A DNA stretch of 64,000 bases from the NCBI GenBank assembly GCA_946965045.2, contig OX337240.1, positions 372,001 to 436,000 of the forward strand. Reading direction: 5' to 3'. This DNA comes from Epithemia pelagica (Eukaryota > Protista > Bacillariophyta). The notes under the pieces are model-generated. The model was not told the origin of the DNA. It made no database searches and worked only from the letters and a program-made list of their open reading frames with translations. This document shows positions 12,711-25,198 of the stretch, in pieces. The position numbers and the translations under genes were made by a program. Each line of letters begins with the position of its first letter. Within the stretch, counting starts at the first letter, position 1.

Positions 12711-13524
12711 CTAGCCTTGAGTCATGCCAGGATATCCGAACTTGAAGCGCGCGACATTCGAATAACGACCGTTACGGTCGACGCTGAAAACCGAGTCATG
12801 TTCCACGTGTTCACCACCTTCACCACCGTCAAAAAACTGGGAATAAAAATCCGTCGTGGGACTCCCTTCCTCGGCCAAGTAGCTATCGATTATTTCCGCC
12901 ACGTGCTCATCTGTAAATAGATGATCAAGCGCGCGAGGCGGGCTCTGAGTGTGGTCGAACTCCGCCTTGTAGATATAGTTCTTTTTTCCAAGTAATTTTG
13001 GGGTTCTCATTGTCCGCGCGCTCAAGAATCTCGATTAGCTTCTCCGCGAATTCTTTCTTGAGCTGCGCGTGCGCAGTGTTATCAACCAACGGATCGTGCT
13101 CGGTAGGCGGGCACGCGACAACACATGGCCAGAAAAAAACACCTTGGTTCGGCTTGGGGGGGCCCTTCACCAACGGAAGGTTCTTTTCGCGCGACACACG
13201 ACGGTGTAGGGTCGTGATGCGCATGTCATACGATTCGAGCTCGCCTTGCGCACTATTGAGAATTTCGTCAGTGACTGGCTTCAGATATCCCGATTCTTCA
13301 ACACCCGCCTTCTGAAGCTTAAGATACCCAACAATAAACGCTCCCTTCGGACCACACTGTTCGAGGTGAACTTCCGTCACCTGTGGCCCAGCCGCAGATG
13401 CACGGACGTCCTTCACTTTCTTCTTCCCTTTCGAAGCAAATGGACTCCTCTTGCGCTTAACGGGAGTAACCACTCTGTGTGCACCCTGGGACACATCGGA
13501 TGTTTCTGTTGCGTTGGTCTGCAA
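12711..13524 (-). pseudogene. Hypothetical protein split by an apparent +1 frameshift in an A6 run (~12982-12987); probably lacks or splices a 5' exon
   Basis: ORFs 12925-13524 and 12711-13025 join as ...KITWKK/NYIYKAEFDH... if one A is removed. An acceptor-like tttttgcag lies at ~13520. Confidence 0.45.
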
Positions 13525-13776
13525 AAATGGGGACGGTAAGTAAGCGCCGGGCCAAGCACCATGGTTATTGCACGACGAACGGAACTCACCATGCTGTCTT
13601 ACTCAACTTTCTCCAGATAAGACACCAATTGTTCTCAGCTGGATTTATGAGATCAACAGGAAATGAATGCTGTTATGGTTGATTGTCGTGCCATCTCCAT
13701 CAGTCCATTAACGTCGAATCCAGGTCGAGTCGTACCGTGGACTGCAACGGTCCATTTATGTCATCATCAGGACACA

Positions 13777-14250
13777 CAACAATTTACACACATACCCAAC
13801 AATCAACCACGAATGCAGCAGCGTGAATCACCGGGCGAAGTGCCAATGCATTCGGAGACACCACAAACAGCACACAGATTCAACAATCAACCACGACCGC
13901 AAGAGGACCGTGGAACACAACCGACAACAATTTTCACACATACCCAACAATCAACCACGAATGCAGCAGCGTGAACCACCCGACGAAGTGCCAATGCAAT
14001 CGGAGACACCACAAACAACAACAGATTCAACAATCAACCACGATTGCAAGAGGACCGTGGAACACAAGAGCGTGAAACACCACGCCGTACCGGGGGAGAT
14101 GCCAATGCTGACAGAGACACAACAACGCGATGCACAGCAATCAAACTACCTAGTCCGTTCCCACCAGCCCACGGCGTGCAGTCTATTTCCACGATCTTTC
14201 AAGCACCACACATATTCAACAATCAAACACGACCGCAGCGTGAAACACAA
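13777..14250 (+). repeat. ~148 bp tandem repeat (13777, 13925) with sub-repeat caacaatcaaccacga
   Basis: Visible duplicated units; the sub-repeat occurs at ~13797, 13881, 13946, 14028 and degenerately at 14217. Confidence 0.88.
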
Positions 14251-14907
14251 CACTAGTACAGTCTGTGGTATTATTCTAGCGTGGTGATTAACGTAGTAGT
14301 CCGGCGTGTTAGTTGTGTGCCGTCCACGTTTTTCTAGTACATTACGGATTGGAACTGATCAGCATCCACTCCATCCATCTTGTCTCATTATTTCTTGCTT
14401 TCATTATTTTGTTTTCCGGTGCTGGTTCACAGTTCACAGCTCACAGCATAATTTGTCGGTTGGTTGTTGGTACTTGGTACGAAGTTTATCACACGTATTG
14501 TTGTGTAACCGCGTGTTCTTGTGGCGGCTGAGTTACCACGTGTAACCACGTGTGTTTGTGTGAAACGATCTGAGGAAGGAAGTGTGTCGCTTGATTCCGT
14601 GTGTGAGTTCTGTGTCTTTGCTAACAAAATCCGGGGAACCATCGGTGGTAACCAATCCAACCGGCAACTGGATTTCCAATCCCTAGAGATTGTTGTACAC
14701 CCCCATCCCGTACCTTGAGTACAAGTAGACCGAAAGGTTGAAAAGAGGGCGATCCTTGCCAGACCGGCTGGATACCGTCAGGGGGGCGGAGTTTAAAGTA
14801 CTCGACAGGTACAACTCCGCGTGCTACGGCACATCATTGCGCACTAACGAAACATCTGTCGCGGCTGTGCTCGCCACATAGTCGGTACTCTTTTCTGCAT
14901 CACGGAC

Positions 14908-15058
14908 AGGGCGACTGATTTCGCGGGACCGAAACTGAATCTCGGTTGTCTTACGACATCGTCTGTCGTCGGCCGTGTGAAGAGGGCGACTGATTCGCGA
15001 TCTGAACGGAAATCTGAATCTTGGTTGACCGAGGACGCCGTCTGTCGTCGGCCGTGTG
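14908..15058 (+). repeat. Two-copy ~75 bp imperfect direct repeat
   Basis: agggcgactgatt...ctgaatct...gtctgtcgtcggccgtgtg at 14908 and 14983. Confidence 0.85.
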
Positions 15059-15358
15059 GAGTACGGGCAAGGGACTGGCGATCCCACAGTGATTGGGCAA
15101 GACTCAAGTATCAAGACTATAAGGACAGGCTCAGTGCGTGGATCCCTAACAGGTGAAGCTGCCAGTCACGTGACATTATTGTCTGTGATATACTGACAAC
15201 CTGGATTACTACGGTGTGAGGGGCCCGCGTTTCGTAATTAGTCGGGTACTACGGCAACGCGGCTGTTGGAAAAGAGGCTTCCTCAATAGTTGTTTCTGAC
15301 AACAAAGGAATTCCCGCCACAGCTTTCGTGCTTACAGCGACTTACACTGAGTAACATA

Positions 15359-15677
<319 letters not shown>

Positions 15678-15723
15678 CAGCGACATGCATTTTGTTTATT
15701 AAATTTTTAGCTTCATTTTAGTC

Positions 15724-18700
15724 ATGAATGCAGATTTTAGGGCAAGATCACAGGGCATTAGAAATGCAGAATCTGCGCGCAATGGGTTGTTGTACACAGA
15801 CGCACAGGGCAACTCCAACGCAAAAATATGCTGTGTTTGTGACACATTGATTCCATACGGTGATGAGAAATGCTTGACCATACAGGACATCCGTCACAAA
15901 CGTTTGTGTTCTGTGTTGTCGAAGAAGAACTTGGGTTTGTTGGAGTATGGGATTAAACAGGAAGGGCAGGTTGCTATCCAGAGGCACTATACACAGCACT
16001 GTTATACGGCTAGGCGAAAGGAGTATAAGTTTATGAACGATTTGGTTTTGTCCCCCAAATCATACCCCGCCAAAAAGGGCACAAAAGAAGGCCTTGGATG
16101 CTGTAGGGCATGTCACTCGCACCTTCAGAACATGAAAAACAAGAAAGGTGACTGCACCCCACCACGCTATGCCATTGTTAACGGCCTATCGATTGGAAAG
16201 CCTCCTGTGTGTTTGACAGACCTTAATGAGGTTGAATTGGCTATGATAGCGCCCGCTAGGACAAACAAACACATTTTTTCATTTACCGCTGGTAGCCATA
16301 AATCAATAAGGGGATGGCATTCGCTGTACTATAATGACCTTGATGCCGTCAATGGCGTTGTTAATTGGTGTAATGAAGCAACCACACGACGACACCAGCA
16401 AGGAGAAAGCAATGATAGCTTGGGTGGGGAAGAAAACGCAGAAAAGAAGTTATACATTCCTACAATCGCGGTGGTATTATGCGGCCCGTTTACGTCATCC
16501 CAGCGTGCAAAAGTGAGGGAGAAAACCGAAGTGAGATGGGAAAAAATGCAAAATGCACTGATATGGTTAAAAGCAAATAACCCACTATATGCAGAATATG
16601 ATCTCCCAACAGATGCAATGCTGAAACCAATTTTCCTTGACAAAGCAGAGATTGTTCCTGAATCGTCGTCAAATGTCGAGCTGGTTTTTGAAATCAATGC
16701 GGTTTTCCCGGACTCTGATGAACCCAAAACAGGTAATGGTGGGTTTGCGACTCAGCAGGAGTTCAGAAATGCTTCTGTAGAAAATTTAGTAACACCAGAG
16801 TCTGACAAGCAAGCAACATTGATATCCCGGCCAACCCCACATCTACTCCGTGATTATGAGGGTGACAACTTGATTCGTGCGTTCCCCCTTCAGTTTCCCT
16901 ACGGAATTGGCGGTCGTAATTCGGAGGGTGAATCGCGGCAGGGGGTTGGGTATCTGAAACATTTGTCTATGTTAGCCCCATCACGTTTTCATGGGGCAAC
17001 CTTTATATGTGTCCTTCATAATATGTTTGAGAGAAAAAGAATGGTTGCCAATACTTTCCTTAGGGTGTCTGATTCACAAGCACAGTCGTTTCCAGATATT
17101 TCGACAGAGGCAATTGAGGAGGCCTTGCGGATGATGCAGGACAACGTGTCATGTTCCACCCCGGGATACATGTTTCTTCAAAAGTTGAGAGCGATTACTT
17201 CTTCCATGGGCCATACGTCGGGTGCAGCAAAAAGGGCCCGACAGAGAATGTTTTCGATGATTTCGCATCATGGTTTGCCGTCTTTGTTGTTTACCATTAC
17301 ACCAGAGGATGCAATTAACTACAGAATCAGGGTAATGTCGACGGACGGGACAGGCGAGCGTCCGCCACCCGATCCATTCACTTGTGATTTCAGTGAACTT
17401 GCAAAATATGCTAAGGAATGTAAGGAAATTAGGGTTGATAATCCAGGGCTGTGTGCATTTGATTTTGAGAATGTACTCCGGATTACAATCGCACATTTGA
17501 TAGGGTGGGACGAAACTGAACAGAAAAACAAACCCTGCTTTGGAATATTTGGAGACATAAGTGGGTGGTGTTACGCAGTTGAGGAACAGGGACGAAAAAC
17601 CCTACATGCACATTTTCTGCTGTGGGTGAAAGATTGGGCAAAATTGCTAAATGGGCTATCGGATGAAAGCCTCAGGGATACGTTCAAGAAGCAAATGGAG
17701 AAATATGTGTCAGCCGTGTCAAATGCGGAATTGCATGGTAACGATTGTCAACCGGTGTGCACAAATGATGGCTGCTCTGGGTCTGTCTTAGAGCACTGCA
17801 GTGCGCAGGACTTGCGAAATCTCCGTACACGGGCTGGAAAGACGGCTTTTGGTGGGAAACAAATTATGAAGTGTGGGACTTGTGACAAAGGCTACTCAAG
17901 TGAGGATCTGGTAAAAATCCTACTTGACCCAATGTTTTCTCTGCAGGGGGGAGACGATGAACCGTTTTGGCCACATGTTTCTTCACAACACACAAAATAT
18001 CAGCTACTTATGGAGTTTGCATTGATGCGGCATAATCATCCGTTTGTTCCGAAGATCCTCGACGATAAACAAGCTGCAAGGTTTGTCGCAGCTTTGAGGA
18101 ACCTACATAATTCGAATCACTGTACAGCATGTTTCAAAAAAGGGGGAGAATGCCGGATGAAGATTCCCAACCTTCCCTTTGAAAAAACCACTTTGGTTTT
18201 TGATGAGCATTACACTAATTGGTACGACTGGAAAGGGAACAACCGTGCACGACAGCTTTTCCATGTAGGTCATAAGCGTTCCGGAGCAGATGTTATGATG
18301 AATATCCATAATCGTGCGGCAAGTAATCTGTTTGCTTGTAACACCAATGTGGTTGCGGGTGTCGATGGTGGTAGTGTCATGTATATGACATGCTATGTGT
18401 CGAAGAATACGCAGAATGAGGACAATGAGCATTTTGCTTCTGCCGCAAAGCATATGGTTCGTAAAATGAAGACGTATTTAAGCAACGATTTAGGGGACAA
18501 TGAGAATCGGGAGAATAACACTGCCGATACTGATAATGACAGAGTCATGCACGGTATGCGTGGGCTAATTGGTGCTGTTTTGCTTTCTACGGGGGCACAC
18601 GTATGCAGTGCACCAATGGCAGCGTTTTTGTTGAGGAATGAGTCTCGTTTTGGGTTTTCGCATGAATTTGCATATGTTGATCTCAGGGATTTTGAGTCAG

Positions 18701-21384
18701 ACAAACTTGAGAAGTTTTCGTGTGATGCCTATGACGGCGAGGTTTTCCTGAAATCGTCTGTGGCTGATTACTTATATAGGCCACATGATTTAGAGGGTGT
18801 GTGTCTTTATGACTTCCTCTGCAGTTATTCTGTTGGGCGTGCGACCTCTAAAAACCGTGGAATGGAGTGGGTAGCAGAGCATCCGTCGCGGGGTAATTTG
18901 GTGTTGAAAAAAAATAAGAAAGACAAAATTCCACTTATTTCCTTTCTGGATTTTGTTGATACAAAATTTTTTGGGGACCGGTCAATTGACAATGTTGATG
19001 CATCGGGAGATGTTGTTCTTGATTCTGGTTTGGCAGCCATGGAATCTTATGCAAAGAAGGCCTGCCTTCTTTTTTACCCCTTTCGGCAGACAGGGGATCT
19101 TAGATCAGGGAACGGGAGATATCTGGGGAAATTCCAGCAAGGTTTGGCAGGTGGTATCATTTTAAAACAGCATTTGACGGTTCTTTCAAACATACAAGAC
19201 TGTCGTAATAGTCTTAATTGCGGGAGACCGAGCGATTCTCTAGAAAGAGTGACAGAGCAACCATCGCTTGTTGTTGGTGATGCAAGTGATTCTGAGGAAG
19301 AGTGCGAAACAGGAATCGACCCTGGCATGGATGCAGTTTTTGATGAATTGATTTCGTGCCTGGATGTGAGTCCGCCGTTGTTAAGAAACGCTGATGGATT
19401 GTTGGCAGTTGATAGCAGGTTTATTCGGTCATGTGGGACAAACAAATGTGGTGAAAACTTGGTGGTCTGTCCGGAGTTGCCTGACTCGTCGCCATCAGTG
19501 TTTCGTGTCAGTTTTGATGAGCAGGCAGACAGTGCTACCTTTGTACAGCATGCAAGTGTGGATGAGGAGGTATTTGAATCAAGAAGAATCACTTATAGAA
19601 GTTTGCATGAACTGTCTGTCCGTTTTCGTGAGCGTGTGATGGGTGTAGATGCTAACAGTCACCTGCAGGCAACTGGGACATTGGAGAATATTCGGGCGTA
19701 TGCGGATGTGTGTTTTAGATCTGATGTGGATCAAAAAAGAGCTTTTGAGTCAATAGTAGCTGCGTTTGTGCTGGAATTATATAAGGAGGCAAATAGAACA
19801 CAAGCAGCAGCCGACTCCGAAGATGAACTGGAGGCAAACCACCAGAATACGAGGTTTCTTAGTTTACGCAAAAAAGAATTGGAAAAAGTGAATAGAGGTC
19901 ATCAATACATTGCGTTCCTTTCTGGTGCAGGTGGTACGGGGAAAAGCCATGTTTTAAAATCGGTTGTCCGATATGCCAAAAGCATGTGCCGCAATTTGAG
20001 TGTTAAGTACGACAAGCGGACTATTGTTGTGACCGCGCTTACTGGTGCGGCTGCTGTTGGTATAAATGGTGAAACAACCCATAATGCCTGTGCTATAAAT
20101 CGAGAGGTTGATGGAGAGGTCGAGGAGTGGACAAATGCGTATATGTTGGTTGTGGATGAAATTTCGTTTGCATCCAAAGATGTGCTTATAAGTTTGCATC
20201 ATAAACTGCGTGAGATCAAAGAAAATGCAACTGCCCGATATGGAGGAATTCCTGTGTTATTTGCTGGAGATTTTACGCAGTTGAAACCCGTGAAAGGATA
20301 CCCCTTGTTTGTGTATAAGGATCTTGAACATTGGTATGAATGGGTACATACGTTTATGGAGCTTCGAACTAATCATAGATTCGTCGACGATCCAGATTAC
20401 GGTGAACTGCTTTCAAGGTATAGAGATATTGGGCCTGATGCAATAGATCTGGATACATTAAATACACGTGTTGTTGGTAGTCCACGGGGGCCACGTGAGA
20501 GCGACATACCGTCTACGGCAGATTATGCCACAAAGTCCAACATTGATCGTGCGGCTATTAACGATGCCATCTTTTGCAAACATTTAACAGAAACACATTC
20601 AAAGGATCCGGAAAGGGACCCCCCTTTGCATACGATTTGCGTTCGTGCGTCTGACTTGCGTTGGAAGAAGCCAAAGACGAGAAGAGACTATGTGGACTTT
20701 AATTCGGCCAGTAAAGACATGTTATATGCGTATTGTGGTGAAGGACATGTTAAGAGTAAAGATAATAAGCATTACGACCCATTGTTGAAATTTTACTATG
20801 GTCGTCCATTGATGATTAATGACAATATCGATGTTGAGAGGTGTGTTGCTAATGGGGCAATGTGCACTTTCCGTGAAGTTGTGTTGATGCCGGGAGTTAC
20901 AGTTGGTGATATGGAGAAGATATGTATTGATGGCTACTTTGTTTGGTGTGTCAGTGTGTCACAAGTTCAGGGTTTGAGAGTGACAATGCAAGATGGTGTT
21001 GAAGGTTTCGTAGTGAATTTGGAGGCTACAAAAGTTACAGCGACTGTTCAGTTTCTTCTGCCGGAATTTGGTAGGAATGTGAGGATAAAGAAGACTATGA
21101 GGCTGAAGCAGTTTCCGATTAATGTATCAAATGCACGAACAGGACATAAATTGCAGGGAAGGTCGTTGCGTCATTTGGTGATTAGTTCGTGGGACTATAC
21201 GGATAATTGGGTGTATGTGTGTTTGTCTCGTTGTGCTACTTTGAATGGTTTGTTTTTGCGGCAGCCGTTAAATTTGGACAAAACAAGAGGCATTTCAGAA
21301 GAGTGTGCGAGATTCTATGAGTTGTTCAGGGAGACTAAACAGCTACCTGAAAAGGTTGTTCTGTTTGAGGAGGAAAGGGGATAG
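15724..21384 (+). CDS. Helitron Rep-helicase (HUH endonuclease + PIF1-family helicase), 1886 aa
   Basis: Rep motifs GLPSLLFTITP, VEEQGRKTLHAHFLLW (HUH) and YMTCYVSK. Helicase motifs GAGGTGKS, VDEIS, AGDFTQLKPV, QFP...TGHKLQGRSL, VYVCLSR. Cys-rich N-terminal region of the DUF6570 type (inference). Confidence 0.95.
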   Translation: MNADFRARSQGIRNAESARNGLLYTDAQGNSNAKICCVCDTLIPYGDEKCLTIQDIRHKRLCSVLSKKNLGLLEYGIKQEGQVAIQRHYTQHCYTARRKEYKFMNDLVLSPKSYPAKKGTKEGLGCCRACHSHLQNMKNKKGDCTPPRYAIVNGLSIGKPPVCLTDLNEVELAMIAPARTNKHIFSFTAGSHKSIRGWHSLYYNDLDAVNGVVNWCNEATTRRHQQGESNDSLGGEENAEKKLYIPTIAVVLCGPFTSSQRAKVREKTEVRWEKMQNALIWLKANNPLYAEYDLPTDAMLKPIFLDKAEIVPESSSNVELVFEINAVFPDSDEPKTGNGGFATQQEFRNASVENLVTPESDKQATLISRPTPHLLRDYEGDNLIRAFPLQFPYGIGGRNSEGESRQGVGYLKHLSMLAPSRFHGATFICVLHNMFERKRMVANTFLRVSDSQAQSFPDISTEAIEEALRMMQDNVSCSTPGYMFLQKLRAITSSMGHTSGAAKRARQRMFSMISHHGLPSLLFTITPEDAINYRIRVMSTDGTGERPPPDPFTCDFSELAKYAKECKEIRVDNPGLCAFDFENVLRITIAHLIGWDETEQKNKPCFGIFGDISGWCYAVEEQGRKTLHAHFLLWVKDWAKLLNGLSDESLRDTFKKQMEKYVSAVSNAELHGNDCQPVCTNDGCSGSVLEHCSAQDLRNLRTRAGKTAFGGKQIMKCGTCDKGYSSEDLVKILLDPMFSLQGGDDEPFWPHVSSQHTKYQLLMEFALMRHNHPFVPKILDDKQAARFVAALRNLHNSNHCTACFKKGGECRMKIPNLPFEKTTLVFDEHYTNWYDWKGNNRARQLFHVGHKRSGADVMMNIHNRAASNLFACNTNVVAGVDGGSVMYMTCYVSKNTQNEDNEHFASAAKHMVRKMKTYLSNDLGDNENRENNTADTDNDRVMHGMRGLIGAVLLSTGAHVCSAPMAAFLLRNESRFGFSHEFAYVDLRDFESDKLEKFSCDAYDGEVFLKSSVADYLYRPHDLEGVCLYDFLCSYSVGRATSKNRGMEWVAEHPSRGNLVLKKNKKDKIPLISFLDFVDTKFFGDRSIDNVDASGDVVLDSGLAAMESYAKKACLLFYPFRQTGDLRSGNGRYLGKFQQGLAGGIILKQHLTVLSNIQDCRNSLNCGRPSDSLERVTEQPSLVVGDASDSEEECETGIDPGMDAVFDELISCLDVSPPLLRNADGLLAVDSRFIRSCGTNKCGENLVVCPELPDSSPSVFRVSFDEQADSATFVQHASVDEEVFESRRITYRSLHELSVRFRERVMGVDANSHLQATGTLENIRAYADVCFRSDVDQKRAFESIVAAFVLELYKEANRTQAAADSEDELEANHQNTRFLSLRKKELEKVNRGHQYIAFLSGAGGTGKSHVLKSVVRYAKSMCRNLSVKYDKRTIVVTALTGAAAVGINGETTHNACAINREVDGEVEEWTNAYMLVVDEISFASKDVLISLHHKLREIKENATARYGGIPVLFAGDFTQLKPVKGYPLFVYKDLEHWYEWVHTFMELRTNHRFVDDPDYGELLSRYRDIGPDAIDLDTLNTRVVGSPRGPRESDIPSTADYATKSNIDRAAINDAIFCKHLTETHSKDPERDPPLHTICVRASDLRWKKPKTRRDYVDFNSASKDMLYAYCGEGHVKSKDNKHYDPLLKFYYGRPLMINDNIDVERCVANGAMCTFREVVLMPGVTVGDMEKICIDGYFVWCVSVSQVQGLRVTMQDGVEGFVVNLEATKVTATVQFLLPEFGRNVRIKKTMRLKQFPINVSNARTGHKLQGRSLRHLVISSWDYTDNWVYVCLSRCATLNGLFLRQPLNLDKTRGISEECARFYELFRETKQLPEKVVLFEEERG

Positions 21385-22321
21385 TACCGCTTTCGATGTT
21401 TTTTTATGGAGAGAATTGGACGGCGGTTTTGCAGTTGTCCTTGGATGTTGAAATGATGGTCAAGTTGGTGGCAAGGCATCCATTGTTGTGTTTCTTTCGT
21501 TAAATTGATTTGGTCATGTGAGCGGGTAGACAGGGGTCTTGAGTGTTGCTGCATGGTTTGGATGGCACGCTTGAAATTTAATTTATTCTCCTAGTCATGA
21601 TTGTTATGGAACTTTAGAGTCACATCTCATAGTGGGGGGATTTCAGGTTGTTTTGATCTACTCATTCCACGTCTTGTTTTGACGTGGACCGACGTGGTGA
21701 GGTGGTTGTGATTTATTGCGGACGCCGGCCCCAGCCGTCATTGGAGGTATGGGTGGGTCAGGTTGGCGTGGTAGGTTATGAGCCCTTTTATGTTTGGGTG
21801 ATCGTTGAACTCAGACGTTCCATCCCGAAGGGTACTGTTCCTGGTTGTCGCGTCGCCTTGAGAACTGCCCATAAAGTCGCTAATGAGTCGCATTAAAATT
21901 TCTTTCCCCGGTCGAGCGAGTCGTATCTTTCTTGCCTTTAGTGCAAGAGTGGACGATGACGACGACTATAGCAACAACGATCATCCTGTGTGACGGCGAT
22001 GGTCTCAATGACTTTCTCTGAGGAAAAGCATTCCCAACGTCAAGCTAGGCAGGTAGGAGGCTGGGAAGCTATGCAATGTACTTCAAGTCTTCAATGAAAC
22101 GTGGTTGGAAATGTTGTGGTCTAAATACCAGGTTTAGGATAGTACTGTAACGTGTGTAGTTGAATTCTTGGTTCCAATCTCTTCTAATGGGTCTTGAAAT
22201 ACTTTGGGATCCGTGGAACGTCAAGAGTCATCGAACAATGCCTGGGCCTTTCGGTAGAGATCACGATTCTTGTGGCCTTGACGCTTGAATCTTCTTCTTC
22301 TTCTTCTTGACCCCTGGTAGT

Positions 22322-22528
22322 TTAGGAGGATTCATCCCACTTTTGCTTGTTGTAGCCCAAGACCGCAGCCGCCTTTTGTTGTTCGGCGTTCAATTCATCC
22401 CAGTCGCAGTCCTCAAAATCGGTTTCTTCATCGGCGTCCCACTTTTTCGCGTTGTATCCCAAGACGGCAGCCGCCTTTTGGACTTCGGCGGGAAGTTCAG
22501 ACCAATCGTACTCGTCGTATTCAGACAT
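22322..22528 (-). CDS. Small acidic protein (68 aa) with two WxEL...AAAVLGYN..KWD repeats
   Basis: MSEYDEYDWSELPAEVQKAAAVLGYNAKKWD / EDCDWDELNAEQQKAAAVLGYNKQKWDESS; the clear internal repeat supports coding. Confidence 0.85.
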   Translation of the reverse strand: MSEYDEYDWSELPAEVQKAAAVLGYNAKKWDADEETDFEDCDWDELNAEQQKAAAVLGYNKQKWDESS

Positions 22529-23646
22529 GATGAAGATGAAACTGCGGATCAAAAAAGAGGTTTCGACTTGGGAGGAGCTCCAAAGAATGAGACCAAGGAT
22601 GGAGGAATGAAGAATGAGCCGTAGAACAACGAGACATCCAGAATATCCAACGGCTCTCTATAATTCATGGATCGCATGCCAACAAATGCCAACGGATCCT
22701 TTTGCAAACGTGTGATCGCCTGCAGCGCCTCTTTCGAGTGGATCGAATCTTCCATACTTAACGAACTCTGTTAATTGGACCTCCGCGGTGCGCATTCGAC
22801 GTGCGACTGGACGAATTTAATCTTAGCCCGGCGTGGATGGATGACACGTGCGGCCAATGCGCGCCATAAACATCATACAACAGCGCAAAAAATTCAAACA
22901 CCAACGTCACGAGTCACGATCCGTTGGATGCTTCTAGGACTTGAAATTTAAAACTGGGACGGTCATTTGCTTCCGATTCCTCACAAAGTAAACAGGAAGA
23001 AGCGATCGATGATGAAATGGAACAAAGACCATCATGAATCATGATAGTTACCATTGGGAACTCTAGTAGCGTGGGAAGAACCTCCAACCCAAGTAAAAGA
23101 GACTGCCAGTCATCTTGAAGAAAACTCGCAAAAGTGAAGAACTCTTGGATTTGCAGGAGAGGATGAGCGAGTCCCAAAGACTGAAACTCTGTGTTGATGA
23201 AAGGTTCATCTTGGGATGGAATGTGCAAAGAAAATGAATTTTCAATCTCATCCGTAAGGCTCACTTTGCTTTAGATTGGGTAAGAGTGAACTTTCTGACA
23301 CACTCGCTGATGAGCCTTTCGAATGGCATGGGTGGAGTTACGACCAAGTGCTTTGTGTCATAGGAGTAGGATGTATATCGCAGCGGACTTAAGAAGCAGA
23401 CTTTATACGTTCCTTCTTCCTATAGAGAAAGAAGCATGTAAGCTTGAGCATTTCCAAAGGAGTACGTGTACTTCATGGCAATCCCATACTCCTAGGAGTA
23501 GGAGTAGAAAATGAGGGTACTCCGTAGGAGTAATACCGTAGCATAGCAGTCCTAGCATCATCGAGTCGCGGCAAAGATGGCGTTAAATGAAAAAGTCATC
23601 GATCATCGATCAGATTGATCTGGAAGACTTGAGGTGCCGAAAGGAC

Positions 23647-25198
23647 ATGACCTCAAGTACGGGCCCCGCTCCCCTGTATACCGACACTCAAGCCAATGTT
23701 TTGGCCCTTCTTCCCTACTTCAAGGCTCCATGGTCGGTGGCCGGTTCATGCCTGATTTTGTGGTCGATTTGGTTCGATCGCAAGGAATTGTTGAAATATG
23801 TCTATCACCGCTTAATGTTGGCGATTAGTCTCTTTGACTTTATCAGTTCCATGGGCATGTTGGTACTGGGACCGTGGGCCGTGCCCTCTGATTGGCCCTA
23901 TGGTCGGAGTGGGCGTGGAACCAATGGAACTTGCGAAGCCATGGGCTTTTTGTTGAATATGTTGATCGCCTCCATGTGGTATGGAGCCTTTCTCTCCATT
24001 CAGTTTGTTTTGGTACTTTGTTTGGAATGGAAGCAACGGTGAGTTGTTGGTTTTCCGTGAGTTGGGAGACTGTGATGGGTTTTTCTCATGCATTGGACTT
24101 CAATCAACCATTCTGTTGACATATGCACAGACGGATTGCCTGGTGTGTCGAGCCCTTGGCGCATTTGCTCGTTGGTTTGACCGTCATGGCTGGAGCTGGG
24201 GCTCTGTACAGTGATGTATTTAATCCACTCCGTCACTTGCCAGGCTGGTGTTGGTATGCGGATAATCCACCCTTTTGTTCCGATAACAATGAGAAACAAT
24301 GCAATCGAGGAGACGATAACGAAATTTACAGCAACATTTTTTTCGATATTATTGGGGCCTGGATAGTCATTATTATTTGCATGACATTGATTGTTCTCAA
24401 AGTTCGACAAGTGGAACGAAAACTGCTGCAATACACTTTTGAAAGCATCGCACCGGCTTTCGGAGCTTCATGGCGACCACAAGGGAATCCTTCTCATGTT
24501 GCGTCGTTTACTCGCACCCGGGCCACGGCGTGGCAATCACTCTTGTAAATTGGAGCCTTCTTTGTTGTATTTTTACCGCCCGTCATTCTCATGTTGCTTC
24601 CAGAGAACCCGGAAGATGGGGGGAAGAAGGAAAGAAGAGTCAGGTTCTTTTTTGCGCTTTTGGTGAAAGTTTTTACTCCTCTGCTGGTGCGTGCTATGTG
24701 TCAGTCCCTTTCTTCTGTTGTCGGTGTGCTTGTGGTTTACCTGATACAACGGTTCTCTTTTGGAACACAACAGGAACAGGGACTCACCCATGTTTTGTAT
24801 ATTTCTTTGATTCAGGGATTGTTCAATGCCATTATTTATTTCCGACGACGGTTTGCCGACTTGATCAAGGATGGAAAAGTTTGGCCTTTGTCAAACGTCT
24901 TCCAATGATTCGAGAATGGATCCAGAACAATAGGTCACAACGCAGTGATTCCAATACAATGTCGAGCGACTCGAGGCCTCGGCCACCACCACAACAAGAG
25001 CAACAAGAACAACCAGTACAGGAAGATGATGGCGCAAGGTTGCAGGAGAATTCTTCACCAGTGGCCATTTCAGATCCTGTCCATACCACCACTGGTTGTG
25101 AGAATGGAGGAACGGCCTCTGTCAATGTCGCAGCGGACGATCCGCGTGGTGACGACGTTTTGGCGACTTGCAATGAGAGACAGTGTACATCAAGCTGA
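23647..25198 (+). pseudogene. 7TM GPCR-like gene A, copy 2 (TAA at 24546-24548; A4 instead of A5 at 24875-24878)
   Basis: Exons 23647-24038, 24131-24686, 24816-25198. Same nonsense codon as copy 1, plus a 1-nt deletion in DGKS. Confidence 0.82.

Noticed and set aside
21591-21595. Canonical Helitron 3' end CTAG|T
   Set aside because: There is no GC-rich hairpin just upstream, so it was not accepted without copy alignment.
22822-22850. Partial inverted match (cttagcc...gacacgt) to 9211-9237 as a Helitron TIR
   Set aside because: Two 7-bp islands with unequal spacing, and the site looks like the CACGTG-containing promoter of the 68-aa gene.
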